This document shows positions 44,753 through 53,226 of a stretch of DNA of 64,000 bases, piece by piece. Source of the DNA: Spirochaetia bacterium (GTDB lineage: Bacteria > Spirochaetota > Spirochaetia > UBA9216); assembly GCA_963677925.2 (NCBI GenBank), contig CAXXYH010000004.1, positions 2,176,001 through 2,240,000 on the forward strand. The letters are read 5' to 3'. The translations under genes and the position numbers were made by a program. A model generated the notes under the pieces. It saw only the letters and a list, made by a program, of their open reading frames with translations. It made no database searches and was not told where the DNA came from. Each line of letters begins with the position of its first letter. Within the stretch, counting starts at the first letter, position 1.

Positions 44753-46036
44753 ATGAAAGAATACAGCAGAGTCAGCTATAAGGATGTGCCGCTTTACAGC
44801 AATGTAACGGACGAGCAGTGGAATGACTGGCGATGGCAGATGAAGAACTGCATTACCGATATTGAAACACTTTCAAAGATTACAGAGCTTGATGAAAAAG
44901 AAATTGAAGATCTTGAAAAGACGCTTAAAAAGTTCAAGATGTCCATTACCCCCTATTACGCAATGCTTATGGACAGGAGCTACAAACTCTGCTCTGTCAG
45001 GCTTCAGGCAATTCCGAGGGTAGAGGAGCTTAATTACGATGAATCGGACATGGAGGATCCTCTTCATGAGGATGTTGATTCATCGGTGCCCGGACTGACT
45101 CACAGGTATCCTGACCGGGTTCTTCTTCTTGTTACGAGTATCTGTTCAATGAACTGCAGGCACTGTACACGGAGGAGACTTGTAGGCCAGAAGGATACCC
45201 ATATGAGCTGGGACCGGATACAGCTGGCAATTGATTATATTCGGGAGCATACAGAGGTAAGGGATGTTCTTATCTCAGGTGGAGATCCGCTTACGCTTGC
45301 TGATTCATATCTTGAGCGGATACTTAAGGCACTGCGGGAAATCCCGCATGTTGAGATAATCAGAATTGGAACAAGGACTCCTGTCGTAATGCCGATGAGG
45401 ATAACCGATGAACTCACGGACATGCTGAAAAAATATCATCCACTCTATATAAATACTCATTTTAACCATTACTCCGAGGTCACCCACGAGGCAAAGCAGG
45501 CATGCGAAAAACTTGCCAACGCAGGAATTCCGCTCGGCAACCAGAGTGTCCTTCTTCGTGATGTCAACGACTGTCCGAGAATTATGAAAAAGCTCGTGCA
45601 TGAGCTTCTGATGATCCGGGTCAAACCCTATTATATTTACCAGTGCGATCTTTCAAGCGGCATATCGCATTTCAGGGTTTCAGTTTCAAAGGGCATTGAG
45701 ATTGTTGAAAGCCTGCGCGGCCATACAACAGGTATGGCTGTTCCAACATACGTGGTTGATGCCCCAGGCGGCGGCGGAAAAATCCCCCTTATGCCTAATT
45801 ATCTTCTATCGCATTCAGACAAGCGCTATGTGCTCAGAAACTATGAGGGGGTAATTACCACCTATACCCAGCCGGCCAATATCTTTTCGGAATGCTGGTG
45901 CGAGCTGTGTAAAAATGATGAGTACGGGCCTCTGGACGGAGTAGCGAAACTGCTTAACGGAAAAAAGCTTGCCCTGGAACCCAAGGGTCTTGTCAGGAGG
46001 ATGAGGAGCCTGAATGGTAAAAAGCAGGGCGAATAG
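44753..46036 (+). CDS. kamA: Lysine 2,3-aminomutase (radical SAM, PLP)
   Basis: WNDWRWQ, LTHRYPDRVL, CSMNCRHC, APGGGGKIP. Confidence 0.95.
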   Translation: MKEYSRVSYKDVPLYSNVTDEQWNDWRWQMKNCITDIETLSKITELDEKEIEDLEKTLKKFKMSITPYYAMLMDRSYKLCSVRLQAIPRVEELNYDESDMEDPLHEDVDSSVPGLTHRYPDRVLLLVTSICSMNCRHCTRRRLVGQKDTHMSWDRIQLAIDYIREHTEVRDVLISGGDPLTLADSYLERILKALREIPHVEIIRIGTRTPVVMPMRITDELTDMLKKYHPLYINTHFNHYSEVTHEAKQACEKLANAGIPLGNQSVLLRDVNDCPRIMKKLVHELLMIRVKPYYIYQCDLSSGISHFRVSVSKGIEIVESLRGHTTGMAVPTYVVDAPGGGGKIPLMPNYLLSHSDKRYVLRNYEGVITTYTQPANIFSECWCELCKNDEYGPLDGVAKLLNGKKLALEPKGLVRRMRSLNGKKQGE

Positions 46037-47063
46037 GCTTATCGATATTATCAATGACAGCTGCGTCGAATCTCTTGCGATAATAGGTCTTGCCAAGAAC
46101 GCGGGAAAGACCGTTACAATGAATACCGTAATTAAGGAAACTCAGCAGCAGGGGCAGAAGATTACCGTAGTTTCATACGGACGTGACGGTGAGGATACTG
46201 ATGCTATAACTCTGAAAAAGAAACCTCATATTTATATCCCCGCCGGTTCATATTTCGTGACAGGCTCGGAAATTCTCAAGCGTACCGGCAGGCAGGCCAG
46301 GGTTATCTGTGAACTGGAAGACCGGGCCCGCATAGGAAGAGTCTGTCTGTATGAAAATGACTCTGAAGGTTTTGAGGTGGAACTGATAGGAGTTAACAGC
46401 AGAAGCGGTATTGCAGGGCTGAAAGAGCAGCTTCCGGATGATTCAGAGCTTCTGCTTATCGACGGGGCTCTTGACCGGCGCAGTTCCGCGGTGCCGGAGC
46501 TCTCCGACGGTATAATCCTTGCAACCGGAGCAGTAGTAGGAAATACAGAGGAGCTCATTGCAGAACGGACACTGGCAGAAATTGAACGCCTGACGCTCCC
46601 GGTATCTGAAGAGCATCCTGAATTAATCGGTAAAATTCTTGGTGATGGACTTTCAGCCGTTATTTATGATGGTGAGATAAAATCTGAAGGGAATACTCTT
46701 TTTAATCTTTCGGATTCTTTCGATTTCAGCAGTGTCGGCAGGAACAGCATCCTTGTCCTCAACGGGGCGCTCACCGACCGTCTTGCAGAAACTCTGCTTG
46801 CGGGGTGTGCCGAGAACTTTTCAATAGTTGTCAGGGACGGTACCCGTGTTTTTCTCAATCAGCGGAATATGAATTTATTCAGAAAGAACGGAATCAGACT
46901 TTCTGTTCAGTCCGGGATTAAACTGCTTGCCCTGACGGTTAATCCCTACAGCCCCTACGGGTTTTCTGCGGATTCGGAAACTCTTGCTGCGAAAATCAGT
47001 GAATACCTTGAAAGTGCAGGTCGGGATATTCCTGTTTATGATGTGCTGTCTGAATCTTATTAA
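46014..47063 (+). CDS. KamB-like P-loop protein (putative aminomutase reactivation component)
   Basis: GLAKNAGKT P-loop, GRDGE, LIDGALDR, ILATGA; follows kamA as in other lysine fermenters. Confidence 0.65.
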   Translation: MVKSRANRLIDIINDSCVESLAIIGLAKNAGKTVTMNTVIKETQQQGQKITVVSYGRDGEDTDAITLKKKPHIYIPAGSYFVTGSEILKRTGRQARVICELEDRARIGRVCLYENDSEGFEVELIGVNSRSGIAGLKEQLPDDSELLLIDGALDRRSSAVPELSDGIILATGAVVGNTEELIAERTLAEIERLTLPVSEEHPELIGKILGDGLSAVIYDGEIKSEGNTLFNLSDSFDFSSVGRNSILVLNGALTDRLAETLLAGCAENFSIVVRDGTRVFLNQRNMNLFRKNGIRLSVQSGIKLLALTVNPYSPYGFSADSETLAAKISEYLESAGRDIPVYDVLSESY

Positions 47064-47100
47064 AAATTAATGATATTAACGATTATTAAGTTATAATGAT

Positions 47101-48189
47101 TTGATGTCATTAAACGCTATTCTTCAGCAGCTCTATTTTACCGGTTTTGTTTTATTTTTCTTTTTTGGATTTCTGCAGCTTAGTCTGAGAAACCGGTTGC
47201 ATTTAAATTTTGCTCTTGCCTTGCTTTTCTTTTCGGGCGGATATGAGCTTTTCTATTATTGGGCATACATATCAAGAACTATCCTGAGAATTTCTTATCT
47301 GATGAATACAGAAATTGCATTAAGTTATCTTATCGGGCCGGTATTTTATTTTTATTTTTCTATGGCTCTGGGGTTTAACTCTCAATTTAAGAAACGGGAT
47401 ATAATACATGCGGTTCCTTTCATTCTTTCACTCTGCCTTATAGTAATTATCAATTATTTTGCACGTAGTGAAAACTTTTATGAACATTTTCGATATGAAT
47501 ATTTTCCTTTTTATGAACAAAGAAATCCTCTGTTTTTAATAGCAACATTCTCTGATATCTCCATTTCAGGCTATATCCTGATGACGCTTTTTAGAATATT
47601 TAAATTGCTGAAAGGAGAGACCCCCGAAAAGGAAATACGTCTGATGATTGTTTTTCTTTTCCTGATGATCATGAGTTCTGTTCTTTTAATATTAGGAGGC
47701 ATGTCAAGACTGATCTTTTTCCTGATTTTGGGAGTAGGCAGCTTTACAGTCATTGGAGCTGTCTATGTATTGTTTTCTTTCAGATATCCTGAACTCAGTA
47801 TGAAGGTTTTAAGGGAAGCAAAGATACTTCAGCAGAATAAATCCAATATTAAAAATATTGATGTTTCATCGATTCTGGAAAACCTGAATGCACTAATGGA
47901 AAACGAAAAACTATATCTTCAGGAGAACATAAACCTTAAATTTTTAAGTTCAAGACTGAAAATAACTTCTCACCAGCTGTCACGAATATTAAATGAATAT
48001 CTTCAAGTCAATTTCAGAACCTATATAAATTCATACCGTATAAAAGAAGCCATTGCTCTTTTGGAATCTTCTCCTGAGCTTGGGATTCTGGAAATATCAA
48101 TTGCAGCCGGATTTAATTCAAAATCATCGTTTTATACGGCATTTCAAAAAGAGACAGGCTGCCTTCCCGCTGAATACCGAAAAAAATGA
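47101..48189 (+). CDS. AraC family regulator with multi-TM N-terminal sensor
   Basis: About 7 hydrophobic segments, then AGFNSKSSFYTAFQKETG AraC HTH. Confidence 0.9.
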   Translation: MMSLNAILQQLYFTGFVLFFFFGFLQLSLRNRLHLNFALALLFFSGGYELFYYWAYISRTILRISYLMNTEIALSYLIGPVFYFYFSMALGFNSQFKKRDIIHAVPFILSLCLIVIINYFARSENFYEHFRYEYFPFYEQRNPLFLIATFSDISISGYILMTLFRIFKLLKGETPEKEIRLMIVFLFLMIMSSVLLILGGMSRLIFFLILGVGSFTVIGAVYVLFSFRYPELSMKVLREAKILQQNKSNIKNIDVSSILENLNALMENEKLYLQENINLKFLSSRLKITSHQLSRILNEYLQVNFRTYINSYRIKEAIALLESSPELGILEISIAAGFNSKSSFYTAFQKETGCLPAEYRKK

Positions 48190-48211
48190 GTTCGGAATTA
48201 TAATTCCGGAC
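48190..48211. promoter_or_regulatory. 22-bp near-perfect palindrome, candidate operator
   Basis: GTTCGGAATTATAATTCCGGAC (one mismatch), directly after the AraC stop and upstream of the lipoprotein genes. Confidence 0.6.
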
Positions 48212-48268
48212 GAAATCAGACTCCCGTAATGTTAATGTTTTTATATAAAGACCTTTTACGGAGAGTCT

Positions 48269-50170
48269 ATGAAAAAGATAAAAGTTCCTTCAGTAATTAT
48301 TTTGATTGTCCTGTTGATTTCAGTATTGTTTTCAGGATGCGACCCCGATGATCCAGGGCTGGATAGTGATTTATATCTGTATATAGGCTTGTCCCATGAC
48401 AGTGCCGGAAACGGAGCACTTGATGAGGCCGTTACATCAGTGAACGGGATATATTCCGCCGGGGATGAAATAACAGCCACGGCCAAGGCAGATTCCGGCA
48501 GCACCTTTACCGGCTGGTATGATTCAAAGGGCGGCGGCATGCTTGTATCTGCTGAAAACCCTTATACTTTTAATATAGAAGCGGATACCTACTTATATGC
48601 CTATTTTTCTGATTCCGCAGCGGCTGTTGAGCCTTCAGATTCGAAGTCTCCGGCTGAGGTTGCGGATTTTTCCATCTCGCATATCGGCGGAGGCGTTGCT
48701 ATTATGGACTGGACTGATCCGGCGGACAGTGATTTTGACCATGTTGAGATTTCCGTATCGCCTGCCGACATAAGCTCTGTCACAGTACGCAGAGGTATAG
48801 AAAGCGGAACACTTACCGGGCTTAACAGTGAAACCACCTACACCATAACCCTGAAAGCCGTGGATACAGCGGGTGATACCTCTACTGGCATTGCTGTTAC
48901 TGTGGGTATACCTGCTTACTTTACAACGATCAACGTGGATATGCCGGAGAGTTTTACAGCAATAACCATTATCACTGACAGTAACGGGGCTGCGTTGAAC
49001 AGCACTCTCGCATCGGATCTTTCGGGGTACTATATACTGTTGGTTGATATAGATCTTGATGGCATTAGCTGGACACCGGTTGGTAGCGATTCAACCCCTT
49101 TTACCGGCATTTTTGACGGAGGCGGCCATACAATTTCCAATCTGACACTCAGCTCTTCTGATTACTACCAGGGCCTATTCGGATATTCCTCCGGTACATT
49201 GCTGAATGTCCTTCTTGAAAATGTATCCGTTACAGGTACCGGCCATGCGGGAGGTCTGGTGGGTAGGAGTGTCGACGGCTTTATTAGCAACTGCAGTGCA
49301 GTAGGCGACGTTTCGGGTACGAGCAGTGTAGGCGGTCTTGCGGGATCGAACACCGGCACAATAACCGAAAGCTATACCATAGGCAATATCTCAGGTACTA
49401 CGAGTAATGTGGGCGGTCTTGTGGGATACAATAATGGCCCTGTAATCGGCAGCCATGCTGCAGGAACGGTCTCTGGCCCTCAGCATATAGGCGGCTTGAT
49501 AGGAAAGAACGATAATACAGTAACCGGCAGCTATGCTGAAGCTGCAGTCTCGGGGACCTATGCCTACATAGGTGGCTTAACGGGAGAAAACAACGGCGGT
49601 ACAGTAAGCAACTGCCATGCCTCTGGAGATGTCTTAAGCACTGGTGACTGCATTTGCATAGGCGGTCTGATGGGAAGGAATACCGGCGGCACTGTAGCCA
49701 ACTGCTATGCTACAGGGGCCGTTTCTATAGCATCAGGCTTATGTACTAGCCAGTATGCAGGCGGCTTGGTGGGGCACAATAATGGGCAGGTAATCCGCAG
49801 CCATGCATCAGGAACAGTTTCAGGCTCTACCTATGGAGGAGGCTTGGTGGGACAGAATTACGATAACGGTACAATAACCAATTGCTACGCCACAGGAGCT
49901 GCCTCTGGAAATTACACATCAGGAGGCCTGGTAGGAAAGAACTATTCCACAGTAAATTATTCATATGCTAATGAAACGGTAAACAGCGGTTTCCCTTTAA
50001 TTGGACTGAATAGCACAACTGCTACATATACAGGTTCCATGCTTTCGACAGCTCAGATGCAGTCTTCGGGATTTTACGGCAGCAGTTGGGATTTTGTAAA
50101 TACTTGGGCGATCAGCAGCAGTGTTAACAGCGGTTATCCATATTTAAGAGAGCTGGCTGCTTCCTATTGA
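48269..50170 (+). CDS. Lipoprotein with Ig/FN3-like domains and GLUG-type beta-helix repeats
   Basis: Lipobox LFSG-C; FTGWY B-repeat-like domain; FTGIFDGGGHTISNL; repeated GGLVG.N; terminal NSGYPYL. Confidence 0.82.
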   Translation: MKKIKVPSVIILIVLLISVLFSGCDPDDPGLDSDLYLYIGLSHDSAGNGALDEAVTSVNGIYSAGDEITATAKADSGSTFTGWYDSKGGGMLVSAENPYTFNIEADTYLYAYFSDSAAAVEPSDSKSPAEVADFSISHIGGGVAIMDWTDPADSDFDHVEISVSPADISSVTVRRGIESGTLTGLNSETTYTITLKAVDTAGDTSTGIAVTVGIPAYFTTINVDMPESFTAITIITDSNGAALNSTLASDLSGYYILLVDIDLDGISWTPVGSDSTPFTGIFDGGGHTISNLTLSSSDYYQGLFGYSSGTLLNVLLENVSVTGTGHAGGLVGRSVDGFISNCSAVGDVSGTSSVGGLAGSNTGTITESYTIGNISGTTSNVGGLVGYNNGPVIGSHAAGTVSGPQHIGGLIGKNDNTVTGSYAEAAVSGTYAYIGGLTGENNGGTVSNCHASGDVLSTGDCICIGGLMGRNTGGTVANCYATGAVSIASGLCTSQYAGGLVGHNNGQVIRSHASGTVSGSTYGGGLVGQNYDNGTITNCYATGAASGNYTSGGLVGKNYSTVNYSYANETVNSGFPLIGLNSTTATYTGSMLSTAQMQSSGFYGSSWDFVNTWAISSSVNSGYPYLRELAASY

Positions 50171-50200
50171 TTGGTTTCGATTATGTATTACGGAGAAATT

Positions 50201-52042
50201 ATGAAAAAGATAAAAGTTACTTCAATGTTTATTATAATTGTTTTGCTGATTTCAGGCTTGTTTTTCGGATGCAGCCCCGATAATCCGGGGGTAGAGGGGG
50301 AGCTATACCTGTATATAGGTCTGTATCATGGCTGCGCCGGTAGCGGCGATCTTGACGAAGCAGCTACATCGGTGAACGGAATATATTCCGTCGGGGAGGG
50401 GGTAACTGCTGCTGCCGTGGCTGATTCAGGCAGTGTCTTTGCCGGCTGGTACGATGCTGAACAGGGCGGTAATCTCGTTTCGTCCGAAAACCCTTATAGC
50501 TTTGATATTGAAGCGGATACCTGCTTATATGCCTCGTTTTCTGATCCCGTACCCCCGGCCGAAGTTTCGGATTTTTCAATATCGCATATCGGCGAAGGGG
50601 TTGCCATAATGGACTGGAGCGATTCGCCGGACAGTGATTTTGACCACGTTGAGATTTCCGCATCGCCTGCAGATGTAAGCACAGTTACAGTAAGTGAAGG
50701 CATCGAAAGTGCAACCCTTACCGGACTTAGCAGTGAGACTTCCTATACAATAAGCCTGAAAACCGTGGATGCCGAGGGTAATAAATCTTCCGGTATATCG
50801 TTCAATATGTATATACCGGCTTCCTTTACAAGGGTAAGCTCGTTTATTACCGACAGCGACGGAGCTGTGTTGAATACTCTGCTTGGAAATGACGTGACAA
50901 ACGGAACAGGCGGCTACTATATTTTAGCTGTCGATGTGAACCTTGACGGCGTGAGCTGGACTCCAGTCGGTGATGATACATCTCCTTTCACCGGCACCTT
51001 TGACGGCGGCGGCCGCACCATCTCCAACCTGACAATCAATTCTTTGGAATACTACCAGGGGCTTTTCGGCTACACATCCGGTACATTGAGCAATGTCTGC
51101 CTGGAAGATGCCTCAGTTACCGGCACCGGTCATGCGGGAGCTCTGGCGGGAAGGAATGACGGAGGTACCATAAACAATTGTCTGGTTGCAGACGGCGATG
51201 TATCGGGTACGGGCGCTGTAGGCGGACTTGCGGGCTCGAATACCGGTTTAATAACCGGTAGTTCTGCGGCCGGCAGTATTTCAGGTACAGGAAGTAATAT
51301 AGGCGGCCTGGTGGGATATAACAATGGTCCGGTAAGCGGCAGCCATGCTGTAGGGACGGTTTCAGGACCTCAGCATGTCGGCGGTTTGATGGGGAAGAAC
51401 GAAAGCACGGTAACCGACAGCTATGCCGAAGCAGCTGTCTCGGGAACCGGATATTTCATAGGGGGGCTGGCTGGAGAAAACAACGGCGGCACAGTAAACA
51501 GCTGCTGTGCCACGGGGGAGGTTTCAGGCTCAGCCGACTATGCAGGGGGACTGCTCGGAGAAAACAACGGCGGTACGGTGACGGAAAGTTATGCTGCAGG
51601 GCCTGTCTCGATCTCAGGCAACTATGCCGGCGGTTTCATAGGAGAAAACAGCGGCGGTTCAGTGGCGGATTGCTACGCAACAGGGGCTGTATCCGGTTCA
51701 TTCCATGTCGGCGGCCTGGCGGGAACCAACAACAGCAGCGGGACCGTGACCAACAGCTATGCTGCTGGAGCGGTCTCCGGCTCCGGCAATGCAGGGGCCC
51801 TGGCGGGACAAAACCTCAGCAGCGCTGCAATAAACTATTGTTATGCCGATAGTACAGTCAACAGCAGTTTATCTTTGATTGCAGAAAGTAGCGGCTCCTT
51901 TACAGGCTCCATACTTTCTACAGTACAAATGCAGGATTCACAAAATTATCACAGCAGCTGGGATTTCACTAACACCTGGGAAATAAGCAGCAGCATCAAC
52001 AGCGGATATCCCTTTCTAAGAGTCCTTGCCGATACCTATTGA
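50201..52042 (+). CDS. Paralogous GLUG-repeat lipoprotein
   Basis: Lipobox LFFG-C; same architecture and many shared peptides; ATG at 50201 after CGGAGA. Confidence 0.82.
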   Translation: MKKIKVTSMFIIIVLLISGLFFGCSPDNPGVEGELYLYIGLYHGCAGSGDLDEAATSVNGIYSVGEGVTAAAVADSGSVFAGWYDAEQGGNLVSSENPYSFDIEADTCLYASFSDPVPPAEVSDFSISHIGEGVAIMDWSDSPDSDFDHVEISASPADVSTVTVSEGIESATLTGLSSETSYTISLKTVDAEGNKSSGISFNMYIPASFTRVSSFITDSDGAVLNTLLGNDVTNGTGGYYILAVDVNLDGVSWTPVGDDTSPFTGTFDGGGRTISNLTINSLEYYQGLFGYTSGTLSNVCLEDASVTGTGHAGALAGRNDGGTINNCLVADGDVSGTGAVGGLAGSNTGLITGSSAAGSISGTGSNIGGLVGYNNGPVSGSHAVGTVSGPQHVGGLMGKNESTVTDSYAEAAVSGTGYFIGGLAGENNGGTVNSCCATGEVSGSADYAGGLLGENNGGTVTESYAAGPVSISGNYAGGFIGENSGGSVADCYATGAVSGSFHVGGLAGTNNSSGTVTNSYAAGAVSGSGNAGALAGQNLSSAAINYCYADSTVNSSLSLIAESSGSFTGSILSTVQMQDSQNYHSSWDFTNTWEISSSINSGYPFLRVLADTY

Positions 52043-52066
52043 AGGTTAAAATTTAATTGTGTTATG

Positions 52067-52215
52067 AGCTTCTTGCAAAACTCGGTTAGTTTAGCAAGAA
52101 GCTTTGAAGCAAAATTTTACATAATTATGTAAATTATTATATAATAACAAATTGTAAAATTTTCTTCATTTACATTAAGGTAGCAATTTCAAAACTTTCT
52201 TAGTTTTGAAATTGC
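52067..52215. repeat. Cluster of palindromes / REP-like hairpins between convergent genes
   Basis: AGCTTCTTGC-AAAACT-cggtt-AGTTTA-GCAAGAAGCT, and perfect GCAATTTCAAAACT-ttctt-AGTTTTGAAATTGC, flanking nested AT palindromes. Confidence 0.7.
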
Positions 52216-52296
52216 CTCTTATAACGGGTTTTTATCAGGGGGCGTTTCAGCCCCCATATTATTTAGTTTTGCGTATGAGAACCGATCCGGGGACGA

Positions 52297-53196
52297 CTAT
52301 TCCCCGTCCTCATCATCGTCATCATCACTAAGAACATTATCGTTCTCAAAAGCCACCTTTGCCGTTGCGCTTGCTCCCTGATTTGCATCGAGAAAGAAAT
52401 CAACATCAAAGTTCTGAATAATCGATTCTATTGTAGCTGTGCTTCCTACCTCTACAGTAAATGAACTCAAATCGATATCGATGTCCACTTCACTTATTGT
52501 TTCATCAACAAAAACTGAAGTAGTGCCGTCTTCATTTGCGATTGATATGGAAATTGGAATAAGAATCATGTCACCGAGAAAATCCTTATCTCTTGCATCT
52601 GCAAGCTGCTGAACATTGCTTGGCCTTGTTTCTGTTTCTGCAACAAGTGATGTAGAATCGGTGTCATACCATTTGAATACACCGCCGTCTTTTATAAGCA
52701 GATCGCCTTTCTGGTATGGCGCAACATTCCCGCCGGATACTCTAACTGTGTATTCGGTTGAGTCATAGGTAAAGGTGAAATCATAGTATTTTCCGTACAG
52801 GGCGATAGCGCTTGAATCTCCGCCGCTCCCCTGAAGATCTCCGGCATTATGCGACCATTCCACCGGTACACTCAGATCAAACTTCTCAAACAGACAGCCT
52901 TCCATGGCTACCGGCCCGCGTTCTTCATTTGCCGTGAAAACGGTATAAGCGTAGGGTTCTCCGTCAACCGGAAACAGTACCGCATTCATCTGGCCGCTGA
53001 TATTTGTCAGAACCGGCGGATCGGGCGGTGCTGCAGCTCTTGAGAGTCTTGCACCTGTTTCCAGATCACTGCTGTGAAGTGTTGTCAGAATCGGATATTC
53101 CAGATCCTGTTCCTCTTCACATGAAATTAGAATTACTGATATAAGTATCAGCAGCACTGCTATAAATCTCTTTTTATTCAATTTGTGCCTCCGCAT
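52297..53196 (-). CDS. Hypothetical lipoprotein
   Basis: Basic N-terminus, hydrophobic core, LIS-C lipobox; acidic tail. Confidence 0.75.
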   Translation of the reverse strand: MRRHKLNKKRFIAVLLILISVILISCEEEQDLEYPILTTLHSSDLETGARLSRAAAPPDPPVLTNISGQMNAVLFPVDGEPYAYTVFTANEERGPVAMEGCLFEKFDLSVPVEWSHNAGDLQGSGGDSSAIALYGKYYDFTFTYDSTEYTVRVSGGNVAPYQKGDLLIKDGGVFKWYDTDSTSLVAETETRPSNVQQLADARDKDFLGDMILIPISISIANEDGTTSVFVDETISEVDIDIDLSSFTVEVGSTATIESIIQNFDVDFFLDANQGASATAKVAFENDNVLSDDDDDEDGE

Positions 53197-53226
53197 ACGA
53201 TTTTCTTTATTTTAATAAAGAAAATT

